From Eledone cirrhosa (lineage: Eukaryota), in NCBI GenBank assembly GCA_964016885.1, contig OZ024749.1:6262001-6326000 (forward strand): a DNA stretch of 64,000 nt, read 5' to 3'. Each line of letters opens with the position of its first letter. The first letter of the stretch is position 1. Shown one piece after another: positions 1-13,555 of this stretch. The notes under the pieces were generated by a model. It was not told where the DNA came from. It saw only the letters and a program-made list of their open reading frames with translations, and did no database searches. Made by a program: the position numbers and the translations under genes.

Positions 1-240
1 TACATGTGCATATGTGAATGTGCATAAGTGCATGTGTGTAAGTACATGTGTGTAAGTGCATGTGTGTAAGTGCATGTGTGTAAGTACATGTGCGTAAGAC
101 CATGTGTGTAAGTGCATGTGCATAAGTGCATGTGTGTAAGTACATGTGTGTAAGTGAATGTGTGTAAGTACATGTGCATAAGTACATGTGTGTAAGTGAA
201 TGTGTGTAAGTACATGTGCATAAGTACATGTGTGTAAGTG
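1..240. repeat. 14-bp minisatellite (taagtRcatgtgtg)n
   Basis: Direct tandem copies; the same unit recurs at ~7008-7112. Confidence 0.9.
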
Positions 241-322
241 TATGTGTTTCTATACATACTTATGTTTGTCTCGCTGTCGGAATGTGCGCATTTATGCATA
301 TATTTTCTTATGCATATATATG

Positions 323-411
<89 letters not shown>

Positions 412-506
412 GAAGTATTTCCGTAGGAAAGGTACAGGAAGAGGGAGTGCTCTATGTAGGCTACAGAGCTTATTAGTTATGTGATAAACAACATAAGATA
501 ATTATT

Positions 507-570
507 ATTCATTCTGACGACTGAAGACAGATATAAATATTTGTCTTCAAGAAACCACTGGTAAATTAAA
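507..570 (+). ncRNA. Type I hammerhead ribozyme, family A
   Basis: attcatt-CTGACGA(514-520)-stem II tgaagacagata/tatttgtcttca-GAAA(551-554)-cc act gg-TA(562-563)-aat; lies in module 409-600 between TA tracts. Confidence 0.75.
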
Positions 571-805
571 TGATTATCTTATGTTGTTTATTATATAACT
601 ATATATATATATATATATATATCATCATCATCTTCGTTTAATGTCCATCTTCCATGCTAGTATGGGTTAGACAGGAGTTATCCCACTTGCGGCAAGGTTG
701 GTCGGGTGACCGTGTCTCGCTTATATAGGACTATCTGGCAGGTTTTCTACAGCTGGATGCCCTTCCTAACACCAACCACATTTATATATATATATATATA
801 GATAT

Positions 806-1150
806 GAAGGCACATGGCTTAGTGGTTAGAGAATTGGCCTTGCAATCGAAAGGTTGTGAGTTCAATTCTCAGACCAGGTGATGTGTTGTTTCCTTGAGCA
901 AGACACTTTATTTCACATTGCTTCAGTTTACTCAGCTGTAGAAATGAGATGATAGGGACTGGGGTCCCTAACATTCCACTGCAAAATGGTTTCGCGGGTG
1001 TCACGGCAAAAAAGCACCCAGCACTCACTGTAAATGAGGTTGGTGTTAGGAAGGGCATCCAGCTGTAGAAATCAGGCCAGAATCAGTTCCCGTGTCACCC
1101 TTGCAAGTAGGGAAAAGCGGACATAAAATGATGATGATGATGATGATGAT
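806..1150 (+). mobile_element. tRNA-derived SINE with RTE-type 3' tail (family S1)
   Basis: A-box tggcttagtgg, B-box gagttcaattc, conserved body and (gat)n tail; further copies at 32470-32816(-), 47421-47758(+), 48421-48695(+), 53367-53672(-), 58205-58648(-). Confidence 0.85.
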
Positions 1151-1164
1151 AGATAGATAGATAA

Positions 1165-1195
<31 letters not shown>

Positions 1196-1216
1196 TATAA
1201 ATGTTGAGGGTTTGTG

Positions 1217-1263
<47 letters not shown>

Positions 1264-1264
<1 letters not shown>

Positions 1265-1552
1265 TAGAAAGTGAGGTTTTTTTTACAAAATGAAAAATAA
1301 CCGAGGTGTCCTACTCGAGTGAAAGTATAAAGAAAAAGAGATGAAATCGAAAATGCAACTGAAGTCTTATTTTTTTTTAAAATATATATATTTATTTGGT
1401 TCCTTTATATATATTTATTTGGTTCCATCTCAACTCACCTTTTGAAAAGCAGAAGAACTGCGAAACCGGTAAAGGAACCAAATAAATATATATATATTTT
1501 TTTTAAATAAGACTCCAATTGCATTTTCGATTTCATCTCTTTTTCTTTATAT
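1264..1552. mobile_element. Fold-back PLE-like terminal module with decayed hammerhead (1438-1475)
   Basis: ~80-bp inverted arms 1326-1407 and 1470-1552; cctt-ttgaaaa-gcag aagaa ctgc-GAAA-ccgg-TA-aagg; TA tracts on both sides. Confidence 0.65.
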
Positions 1553-1775
1553 ATATATATATATATGTGTGTGTATACATACATACATGTGTTTGCTCCT
1601 GTACACAGTCATTTATGCGTTTATTAAGTTCCATTGTTTAGTTAAGTACAATAGCAATTTCCAGTGCCATTCATTCGTGAGGTACAATATAAACATATAT
1701 AATACACCAAACACAATTGAAAATATAGTTTAAACAACGTACAAATCACATACATATACAACATTAATAATAAAC

Positions 1776-1821
<46 letters not shown>

Positions 1822-1897
1822 ATGTATATAGTGTATGTATATATATATATATATATATATGTGTATGTATATATATATATATATGTGTATGTATATA

Positions 1898-1955
<58 letters not shown>

Positions 1956-2188
1956 GTTTCATCATCATTTTACGTCTGCTACAAAGTATATATATATGTG
2001 TGTATATTATATATAGATATATATATATATATATATACATATATATATGTATTTATATATACATATACATATATATATATAAATACACATATATACATAT
2101 ATATACATATATATACACACATACACACATATATATATATACACACACACACATATATATATATATATACACATATATATATATATAT

Positions 2189-2235
<47 letters not shown>

Positions 2236-2241
2236 TATATA

Positions 2242-2288
<47 letters not shown>

Positions 2289-2847
2289 CTTAAATAACAA
2301 ATACGAAATAAATAGGAACAATAAATTTTGAAAAATTTCTCCAACAAAAAACAATAACACAAACAAAAGACAAAATACACACACACAAAACATATACATA
2401 CACATATATACACACATACACAGGGAGAAAATTACACATACACATGTAGATACACATACACATGTAGATACACATACTCACATTAACACATAAACACACA
2501 AAACATATGTACACACAAATATATATATATGTATATGCACATGTAAATACATGTATATACGCATATATATATACATGTATATACACACATATATATGTAT
2601 ATACACATAGGCATATACACATGCAAATATATACATATGTATACATACACACATATACACATGCAAACATATACACACAAACAGAGAAAAATACACATAC
2701 TCCCATGAGTACATATACACAGAGAAATATATGTACACACAAATATATACACATACAGGTATATACACATATAGAGATATATACACATACAACAATATGC
2801 ATAACAACACTATAAATACATACACGAATACATGTACACATTACATG

Positions 2848-3452
2848 TACCAATTACACCTCTCAAAGACAATGACACACGACCGTGACTTCTGGCGTCA
2901 CGCAGTAATACAGAGTACCCGACCTCCCATGGGTACATGCTGAAGCATATAAACAATATGCCCCCACACCCCCCACTGCAAGGTGGTCGTGGAGGTGCCA
3001 CGGCAAAAAAGCACCCAGCCCACACTGTAAAGTGGACGTGTAGGCGCCACGAAAAAGCACCCACCACTCACTGTAAATGAGGTTGGTGTTAGGAAGGGCA
3101 TCCAGCTGTAGAAATCAAGCCAGATCAGTTCCTGTATGAGCAAGGCATGGTCTAACCCATCTAACCCATGCTAGCGTGGAAGAACGGACGTAAAACGGTG
3201 ATGATGATGATGATGATGATGCACACAAACAAATATATACACAGACAAATATAGATACACACAGAAATATATACACAAAAACCTCCCAGTCCACACTGTA
3301 AATGTGGTTGGTGTTAGGAAGGGCATCCAGCCGTTGAAAACCCGCCAGACTGTCCTATGCGAGCAAGACAACCACTCTTGCCTCAAGTGGGAAAACTCCC
3401 GTCCAGACCCATGCAAGCGTGGAATGTGGACGTTAAACGATGATGATGATGA
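2848..3452 (+). mobile_element. Two 5'-truncated RTE LINE 3' ends
   Basis: LHLSKTMTHDRDFWRHAVIQSTRPP matches the ORF end at 8100-8197; 3'UTR with 48-bp modules and (gat)n tails near 3200 and 3440. Confidence 0.8.
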
Positions 3453-3719
3453 TACGGACATATATATATATACATACAACAATATACATATATACACACA
3501 TGCATCTACACAGACAAATATATACACACACAAATAAATACACATACGGATATATATATATATACATATAATAATATGCATAAACACACATGCATATACA
3601 CAGGCAAATAAATATATACACAAATATATACACATACAGATATATACACATACCATAATATACACACACACATGTATATACACAGACAGATATATACACA
3701 CACAGATATATACATCTAC

Positions 3720-3756
3720 ATGGTAGTGGTGGTGGCGGTAGTGGTGGTAGTAGTAA

Positions 3757-3803
<47 letters not shown>

Positions 3804-3840
3804 CTAGTGTGGTGGTGGTGGTAGTAGTAGTAGTAGTAGC

Positions 3841-3883
<43 letters not shown>

Positions 3884-4530
3884 TTAGTAGTAGTGGTAGT
3901 AGTAGTGTGGTAGTAGTAGTAGTAGTGTCGTAGTAGTAGTGGTAGTAGTAGTGTGGTGGTGGTGGTAGTATTGTGGTGGTAGTAGTAGTAGTGTCGTAGT
4001 AGTAGTGGTAGTAGTAGTGTGGTGGTGGTGGTAGTAGTAGTAGTAGTGTGGTGGTGGTAGTGGTGGTAGTGGTGGTAGTGGTGGTGGTGGTGGTGGTGGT
4101 GTCAGTGGTGGTGGTGGTAGTGGTGCTGGTAGCAGTAGCAGTAGTAATAGTGGTAGTAGTAGCAGCAGCAGTAGTAGTAGTAGTGGTGATGGTGGTAGCG
4201 GTGCTGGTGGTAGTAGTAGCAGGTAGTAGTAGTGGTGGTGACGATGGTGATGGTGATAGGGGTTGTGGTGGTAGTAGTGCTGGTGGCGGTGGTAGTAGTG
4301 GCGGTGGTAGTGGTGGTAGTGGTGGCAGTAGTAGTGGTGGTGGTGCCGGTGGTGATGGTGATAGGGGTTGTGGTGGTAGTGGTTTGGTGGTGGTAGTAGT
4401 GGTGGTGGCAGTGGTGGCGGTGGTAGTGGTGGTAGTGGTGGCAGTAGTAGTGGTAGAAGTAGTAGTAGTGGTGGTGCTGGTGGTAGTGGTGGCAGTAGTA
4501 GTGGTAGAAGTAGTAGTGGTGGTGGTGGTA
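3720..4530. repeat. (GTA)n/(GGT)n compound triplet microsatellite
   Basis: Seen directly. Confidence 0.95.
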
Positions 4531-4633
4531 CAAGAGGAAAGTAACAATTAATTGACAAAAAGATAAAACAATATCTTAAAGTGTTCCAAGTGTACTACCA
4601 CCTTATTACATACATACATACACATAAATAAAC

Positions 4634-6640
4634 TCATACACATATGTATACATACATACACATATATAGACTCATACACATATGTACACATACATACACA
4701 TATATAGACTCATACACATATGTATACATACACATATATAGACTCATACACATATGTATACATACATACACATATATAGACTCATACACATATGTATACA
4801 TACACATATATAGACTCATACACATATGTATACATACATACACATATATAGACTCATACACGTATGTACACATACATACACACATATAGACTCATACACA
4901 TATGTACACATACATACATATATATAGACTCATACACATATGTACACATACATACACATATATAGACTCATACACATATGTATACATACACACATATAGA
5001 CTCATACACATATGTATACATACATACACATATATAGACTCATACACGTATGTACACATACATACACACATATAGACTCATACACATATGTACACATACA
5101 TACACATATATAGACTCATACACATATGTACACATACATACACATATATTGACTCATACACATATGTATACATACATACACATATATAGACTCATACACA
5201 TATGTATACATACATACACATATATAGACTCATACATATATGTACACATACATACACATATATAGACTCATACACATACGTACACATACATACACATATA
5301 TAGACTCATACACATATGTATACATACATACATATATATAGACTCATACACATATGTATACATACATACACATATATAAACTCATACACATATGTACACA
5401 TACATACACATATATAGACTCACACATATGTATACATACATACACATATATAGACTCATACACATATGTATACATACACATATATAAACTCATACACATG
5501 TGTATACATACATACACATATATAGACTCATACACATATGTACACATACATACACATATATAGACTCATACACATATGTACACATACATACACATATATA
5601 GACTCATACACATATGTATACATACACATATATAGACTCATACACATATGTATACATACATACACATATATAGACTCATACACATATGTATACATACATA
5701 CACATATATAGACTCATACACATATGTATACATACACATATGTATACATACACACATATAGACTCATACACATATGTATACATACATACACATATATAGA
5801 CTCATACACGTATGTACACATACATACACACATATAGACTCATACACATATGTACACATACATACATATATATAGACTCATACACATATGTACACATACA
5901 TACACATATATAGACTCATACACATATGTATACATACACACATATAGACTCATACACATATGTATACATACATACACATATATAGACTCATACACATATG
6001 TATACATGCATACACATGTATAGACTCGTACACATACATACACAAATATAGACACATACACATATGTATACATACATACACATATATAGACTCATACACA
6101 TATGTATACATACACACATATATAGACTCATACACATATGTATACATACATACACATATATAGACTCATACACATATGTATACATGCATACACATATATA
6201 GACTCGTACACATACATACACAAATATAGACACATACACATATGTATACATACATACACATATATAGACTCATACACATATGTATACATACACACATATA
6301 TAGACTCATACACATATGTATACATACATACACATATATAGACTCATACACATATGTACACATACATACACATATATAGACTCATACACATATGTATACA
6401 TACATACACATATATAGACTCATACACATATGTACACATACATACACATATATAGACTCATACACATATGTATACATACACACATATAGACTCATACACA
6501 TATGTATACATACATACACATATATAGACTCATACACATATGTACACATACATAGACTCATACACATATATAGACTCATACACATATGTATACATACATA
6601 CACATATATAGACTCATACACATATGTACACATACACACA
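4634..6640. repeat. ~32-38-bp minisatellite (gactcatacacatatgtaYacatacatacacatatata)n
   Basis: Dozens of tandem variants anchored on 'gactc'. Confidence 0.9.
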
Positions 6641-6715
6641 TATACACACATACGCACATTCTCTCTCTATCCACCTTCATCAATACATAAATATATATAA
6701 AAATGCACATGCACA

Positions 6716-6750
<35 letters not shown>

Positions 6751-6806
6751 GTATTTATATATATACATATATATATATACATATATCTATCTTTTTCTCT
6801 CTCTAT

Positions 6807-6847
<41 letters not shown>

Positions 6848-6880
6848 TATATATAGCACTATGTCTATCTCTCTCTCTCT

Positions 6881-6940
<60 letters not shown>

Positions 6941-7149
6941 CTCTTCTCCATCTCTCTCTCTCTCTCTTTTTCTATATATATATATAGAAAGAGAGAGAGG
7001 GAGAGAGAGTACATGTGTGTAAGTACATGTGTGTAAGTGCATATGTGTAAGTACATGTGTGTAAGTGCATATGTGTAAGTGCATGTGTGTAAGTACATCT
7101 GCGTAAGTACATGTTTGTATATATATATCTGTGTGTATATATATATCTG

Positions 7150-7204
<55 letters not shown>

Positions 7205-7467
7205 GTATATATATATATATACAGATATATATATATACAAACACACAAATATATATATATATATTTCTATATCCATCTCTTCCCCAAACACATATTCAGA
7301 TAAAATAGCAAGTAATTATTTTAAATGATTCGTATAAAATTAATTAGAGACATTTATATGTCGTAGTTTACAATATCAGCCAAGTGTACAGAATCGCTAA
7401 TCCAGTCGATATCACTGATTGGCAGAAGCCAATGACTTTACATTCCGCTACCTCTCTCTCTCTCTCA

Positions 7468-7532
<65 letters not shown>

Positions 7533-7560
7533 AACAAAAGGTGGTTAAAAGAGTTCCATG

Positions 7561-7631
7561 TATTTTATTATGCGCATTTCAAAAACAAATATCATCATGC
7601 AATAATATTTGTGTTTTCATCAGATAAAATA
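7561..7631 (-). ncRNA. Type I hammerhead ribozyme, family B
   Basis: Minus strand: tattttat-CTGATGA-long AT-rich stem II-GAAA-tgcgca-TA-ataaaata; 8-bp stem I; homologue at 47303-47373. Confidence 0.85.
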
Positions 7632-7712
7632 GGAAGACATGATATGAAGGTTAAAAAACACTTGTGGATAGTGCAGTTTTAAATCCACATTGTACTACAA
7701 TAAAACTCACCT

Positions 7713-7762
<50 letters not shown>

Positions 7763-7769
<7 letters not shown>

Positions 7770-8512
7770 CATGTGTCAGAACAGTAATGTTACATGGTAG
7801 TGAGACCTGGGCGCTGAAGGTGGAAGACTTACGTAGATTAGAAAGAAACGAAGCCTGCATACTCCGATGGATGTGTAATAGTAATATACGCGAACAGCAA
7901 AGCATAAATGAATTGAGGGAGAGACTGAGCATAAGAGGAATCAAATGCTGTGTGCAGGAGAGGCGGTTGCGTTGGTGTGGACATGTGATGCGTATGAAGG
8001 ATGACAGCTGCATAAAAAGGTGCAGAGCACTAGAAGTCAATGGAAACCGCGGAGTGGGGAGAGCCAAGATGACCAGGCATGAGGTGATAAAAGCCGACCT
8101 TACCCAATTACACCTCTCAAAGGCGATGACACACGACCGTGACCTCTGGCGTCACGCAGTAATACAGAGTACCCGACCTCCCATGGTTACAAGCTGAAGC
8201 ATATAGACAATATGCCCCCCACACCCTCCCACCGCAAGGTGGTCGTGGATGTGCCACGGCAAAAAAAGCACCCAGCCCACACTGTAAAGTGGACCAGTAG
8301 GCACCACGGAAAAATTCACCCAGCACTCACTGTAAATGAGGAGGTGTTAGGAAGGGCATCCAGCTGTAGAAATCAAGCCAAAATCAGTTCCTGTATGAGC
8401 AAGGCATGGTCAGCCGATCAGACACTACTCACAACAGGACAACCCATCTAACCCATGCTAGCATGGAAGAACGGACGTAGAACTGTGATGATGATGATGA
8501 TGATGATGATGA
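7763..8512 (+). mobile_element. 5'-truncated RTE LINE (RT C-terminus, 3'UTR, (gat)n tail)
   Basis: YDACVRTVMLHGSETW...LRWMC...ERRLRWCGHVMR...GVGRAKMT are typical RTE ORF C-terminal motifs; stop at 8197. Confidence 0.9.
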
Positions 8513-8666
8513 TATATATATATATAAATGGAATAGAATGAAACGAAGTGAGTCGGTGCGCCTGGCCGACTGAACTCACTCGATATGCAAATTAGGCTGC
8601 TCAGCCGTTAATTTTCATATGGAAAGTATATACTTTCGGACGTTCAACCATCTGGCAGAAAGGTAT

Positions 8667-8709
8667 ACGGTGCTGATGATAGCTAATAAGCTTGAAACTA
8701 GTACATCGT
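8667..8709 (+). ncRNA. Type I hammerhead ribozyme, family C
   Basis: acggtg-CTGATGA(8673-8679)-t agct aata agct t-GAAA(8694-8697)-ctag-TA-catcgt. Confidence 0.85.
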
Positions 8710-9244
8710 TCCTGTGTCAGTGTTGAACAAAAAGGTGACGTGGTTGCCTAAACACTCTACGGCGTAATTCAGGCTGTTTGTTTGTTTACAAACGAACAAA
8801 CCGAGCATTATAATAAATGTTTGGTAAACTGATATGTGCATATATATATGTGTGCCTGTATGTATATATATACATTTTTGGGAATGAAACAATTCTAGTC
8901 CTGTAGAAGCTAATTCTATATTAAATTTGTTTACACTCTACTAATGTATTGAGTACCTTATTTAATGTGGTTTCCCCCAACTGAACAATGATAATGATTA
9001 TGATGATAGTTGACCAACAGCATTCAAGAATCAAATACTTGAGCATCCAGTTTCAAATAGAGAAAAAAGTAAAGAAAATAAACTGATCATCCAAATCAGA
9101 TCTGAGCTCAAGAAAACTAGTTTTCATTTTGTTTTTCCATTGCTTGCTCTATCAGTTGAGTCCTGGTAAACAGGAGGTTGGATTTTAACACAGAATGCAC
9201 AGACCTTGAAGTATATACTACCAGATATCTACCCACAGCTTTAA

Positions 9245-9443
9245 CATTTTAGCATTTAAACTGGTCGTATCCGATCAGAATTCTCTCAGCCATAACCAGC
9301 TGCTCCTACTTATGTTAAGGTATTGTTCTGAAAATAAATAATATTACAATCTCGTAGATTCGATATTAGGTGAGAAAATTAAGTGAAAAGTGTTTACCAT
9401 TAAAATACAATAGTAAATATAGAGTAATGTAAATGCTAAAGGG
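9245..9443. mobile_element. TTAA-flanked piggyBac-like MITE
   Basis: ttaa|cattttagcattt...aaatgctaaaggg|ttaa; related copies at 9617-10098, 40962-41707, 42105-42324. Confidence 0.75.
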
Positions 9444-9616
9444 TTAACAATTCTGTAAATCCACTGTCCCTAGATTGGTACTTTATTTATCCTTGCCAGT
9501 TGATCTCAAAAGGAAATTGAACTCAGAACACAAATATTTGGAGCAGATACCAGAAAGTATTCTTTCTGAAGTTTCATTGATTATGCCAATATGTCCCTAT
9601 ACTTGAATATATTTAA

Positions 9617-10098
9617 CTCTTTAGCATTTACATTACTCTATATTTACTATTGTATTTTCATGGTAAACACTTTATCTCACAGAATGATCTTACATAATAA
9701 TGCATCTGTGAGATTTTGATATTATTTATTTTGAGAACAATACCTTAACATAAATAAGAGCAGCTGGTTATGGCCAGTTTGAACAGAAAGAGGTGAGAGA
9801 ATTTTGCCCAGATAAATCATCGTCATCATCATCATCATCATTGTTTAACGTCCGTGTTCCACGCTTGCATGGGTTTGGACGGGGGTTTTCCCACTTGAGG
9901 CAAGAGTGATTGTCTTGCTCGCATAGGACTGTCTGGCGGGTTTTCTACAGCTGGATGCCCTTCTTAACACCAACCACATTTACAGTGTGGGGCTGGGAGG
10001 TTTTTACCGTGTTGCCTACACGGCCACATTACGGCGTAGACTGTGTGTTTTTTTGTCGTGACACCTACACCCATACGACCGGTTTAAATGCTAAAGGG
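9617..10098. mobile_element. piggyBac-like MITE with nested RTE 3'UTR copy (~9818-10068, minus)
   Basis: ttaa|ctctttagcattt and aaatgctaaaggg termini; the body is the reverse complement of 9245-9443, interrupted by a (cat)n-led RTE tail. Confidence 0.75.
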
Positions 10099-10239
10099 AT
10101 AAAGTGTAAAGTTCAAGAACTTGTGCATCTGTATTCTTTAAAATGTTTAAGTCATAATAACCTGTGATGGTTTAGACGAAAATGTTTTCAAATGTGTTTC
10201 TTGATTGAATTATTGTATCATTACTGGCGAACAGATCAT

Positions 10240-10660
10240 TGGGAAACTTGTGTGTAACCAATGGGGTGAGTTTACAACGCCTGTGTGAGAAGCATGTTGC
10301 TCCACACCAGCAAGACCTGGACCATGTCATCCAACTGTCTGAATCAGCTCAGAAGAAATAACAGAGCTATGATCAACTGGATGTCTGGTGTGACCACTGA
10401 CGATTATATCAGCTCAACTGCTGAGGTCCTAAAAAGACTGCTGATCGAGCATATGCTTCACACGAGATACATGAACTTGTATGGCCATGTTGAGTGTAGT
10501 GGGCGCTGGATCAACAAAGGGATGAATGTTGATCCAGGAGACAGTAGAGACCCAGGAAGAAGCTGGTACAGCCATGTTGAGTGTAGTGGGGGCTGGATCA
10601 ACAAAGTGATGAATGTTGATCCAGGAGACAGTAGAGACCCAGGAAGAAGCTCCTACAGCC
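10240..10660 (+). pseudogene. Decayed RTE-type RT C-terminal fragment with internal duplication
   Basis: VYNACVRSMLLHTSKTW...RNNRAMINWMSGV...YGHVE; the segment gccatgttgagtgtagt...ccaggaagaagc occurs twice. Confidence 0.7.
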
Positions 10661-10696
10661 ATTTCTACGGCTGGATGCCCTTCCTAATGCCAACCA

Positions 10697-12545
10697 CATT
10701 TACAATGTGGGGTGAGAGCTATTTGTTGTGACACCTACATGACCACTTTATAGTGTGGGCTGAGAGCTTTTTGTTGTGACACCAACACAACCACTTTACA
10801 GTGTGGGCTGAGAGCTTTTTGTTGTGACACCTACACAACCACCTTACAGTGTGGGCTGGGAACTTTTTGTTCTAACACCTACATGACCACTTTACAGTGT
10901 GGGCTGGGTACTTTTTGTTGTGACACCTACATGACCACTTTATAGTGTCGGCTGGGTGCTTTTAGTCGTGACACTACATAACCATTTTACAGTGTGGGCT
11001 GGGAACTTTTTGTTGTGACACCTACATGACCACCTTACAGTGTGGGCTGGGTGCTATTTGTCGTGAAACCTACACAACCACTTTACAGTGTGGGCTGGGT
11101 GCTATTTGTTGTGACACCTACACAACCACTTTACAATGGGCTGGGTGCTTTTTGCCGTGACACCTACACAACCACTTTACAGTGTGGGCTGGGTGCTATG
11201 TGTTGTGACACCTACACAACCACTTTACAGTGTGGGCTGGGAGCATTCTGTCATGACACCTACACAACCACTTTACAGTGTGGGCTGGGTGCTATTTGTT
11301 GTGACACCTACACAACCACTTTACAGAGTGGGCTGGGAGCTTTTTCTCATGACACCTACACAAACACTTTACAGTGTGGGCTGGGTGCTATGTGTTGTGA
11401 CACCTACACAACCACTTTACAGTGTGGGCTGGGAGCATTTTGTCATGACACCTACACAACCACTTTACAGTGTGGGCTGGGTGCTATTTGTTGTGGCACC
11501 AACACAACCACTTAACAGTGAGGGGTGGGAGCTTTTTGTCATGACACCTACACAAACACTTTACAGTGTGGGCTGGGTGCTTTTAGTTGTGACACCTACA
11601 CAACCACTTTACAGTGTGGGCTGGATGCTTTTTGTTGTGACAGCTACACAAACACTTTACAGTGTGGGCTGAGAGCTTTTTGTTGTGACTCCTACATGAC
11701 CACCTTACAGTGTGGGCTGGGAAGTTTTTGTTGTTACACCTACATGACCACTTTACAGTGTGGGCTGGGTACTTTTTGTTGTGACACCTACATGACCACT
11801 TTATAGTGTTGGCTGGGTGCTTTTAGCCGTGACACCTACACAACCACTTTACAGTGTGGGCTGGGAAATTTTTGTTGTGACACCTACATGACCACCTTAC
11901 AGTGTGGGCTGGGTGCTATTTGTCGTGACACCTACACAACCACTTTACAGTGTGGGCTGGGTGCTACTTGTTGTGACACCTACACAACCACTTTACAATG
12001 GGCTGGGTGCTTTTAGTCGTGACACCTTCACAACCACTTTACAGTGTGAGCTGGCAGCTTTTTGTCGTGACACCTACACAACCACTTTACAGTGAGGGGT
12101 GGGTGCTTTTTGTCGTGACACCTACACAACCACTTTACAGTGTGGGCTGGGTGCTATTTGTTGTGACACCTACACAAACACTTTACAGTGTGGGCTGGCT
12201 GCTTTTTGTCGTGACACCTTCACAACCACTTTACAGTGTGGGCTGGGAACTTTTTGTTGTGACACCTACATGACCACTTTATAGTGTCGGCTGGGTGCTT
12301 TTTGTTGTGACACCAACACAACCACTTTACAGTGTGGGCTGAGAGCTTTTTGTTGTGACTCCTACATGACCACCTTACAGTGTGGGCTGGGTGCTTTTTG
12401 TTGTGACACCAACACAAACACTTTACAGTGTGGGCTGGGTGCTTTTTTCCTGACACCTACACAACCACTTTACAGTGTGGGCTGGAGGCTTTTTCTCATG
12501 ACACCTACACAAACACTTTACAGTGTGGGCTGGGTGCTTTTTGTT
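10697..12545. repeat. 48-bp tandem array (~38 copies) derived from the RTE/SINE 3'UTR module
   Basis: Unit ttacagtgtgggctgggtgctttttgttgtgacacctacacaaccact; period 48 (10753, 10801, 10849); reverse complement of the module in RTE 3'UTRs such as 8240-8340. Confidence 0.95.
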
Positions 12546-12789
12546 AAATCAAATGTTTACAGTGACAGTTTCTTGGGAATATTTGCAGCAAAACTAGAAA
12601 AAGAGATTAACATTTCTAACATGATTTTAGTTGTAGAGTTGTTGTCTACTTTTAAAGAAGGCCTTGCTAATGTGGTTTTATGAGGTAGAAAAACATTAAA
12701 TGTTAATTTGAGAGTTTAAAGAATCATTCAACCTGCACCATTACACATAAATAAGGAAAATACATTGAAATATCACCCTTCATCCCACC

Positions 12790-13555
12790 TACACCACCAC
12801 CACCACCACTACCAACGCCACCACCACCATTGCCACTACCAACACCACCACCACCACCACCACCACCACCAACACCACCACCACCATTACCACCACCACC
12901 ACCAACACCACAACCACCACCACCACTACCAACACCACCACCACCACCACCACCACTACCAACACCACCACCACCATTACCACCACCACCACCAACACCA
13001 CAACCACCAACACCACCACCACTACTACCACCACCACCACCACCAACACCACCGCCACCACCATTACCACCACCACCACCACCACTACCATTACCACCAC
13101 CATCACCACCACTACCAACGCCACAACCACCACCACCACCAACACCACAACCACCACTACCAACACCACAACCACCACCACCAACACCACTACCACCACC
13201 ACCACCACCACCACTACCAACACCAAAACCACCACCAACACCACTACCACCACCACCACCAACACCAAAACCACCACCACCACAACCACCACTACCAACA
13301 CCACAACCACCACTACCAACACCACAACCACCACCACCACCATCACCACCATCACCATCACCACCATCACCACCACCACCACTACCAACACCAAAACCAC
13401 CACCACCACAACCACCACTACCAACACCACAACCAACACCACCACCACCACCACCACCACTACCAACACCACAACCACCACCACCACCACCACCACCACC
13501 ACCACTACCACCACCACCACCAACACCACCACCAACACCACCACCACCACTACCA
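12790..13555. repeat. (ACC)n triplet microsatellite
   Basis: Seen directly. Confidence 0.95.

Noticed and set aside
806-880. tRNA genes
   Set aside because: The tRNA-like sequences are SINE heads running into SINE bodies; the acceptor stem is not intact.
10697-12545. CRISPR-like regularity and Cys-rich repeat proteins in the 48-bp array (also the 95-, 60- and 29-bp arrays)
   Set aside because: Contiguous tandem units with no unique spacers, no cas genes, eukaryotic context; three of the four units trace to transposons.
12545-12780. Possible host exons (also 15260-15365, 32924-33060, 54176-54330, 59620-59700)
   Set aside because: Plausible splice-like signals exist but there is no recognisable protein and no consistent strand or frame; RNA-seq would be needed.
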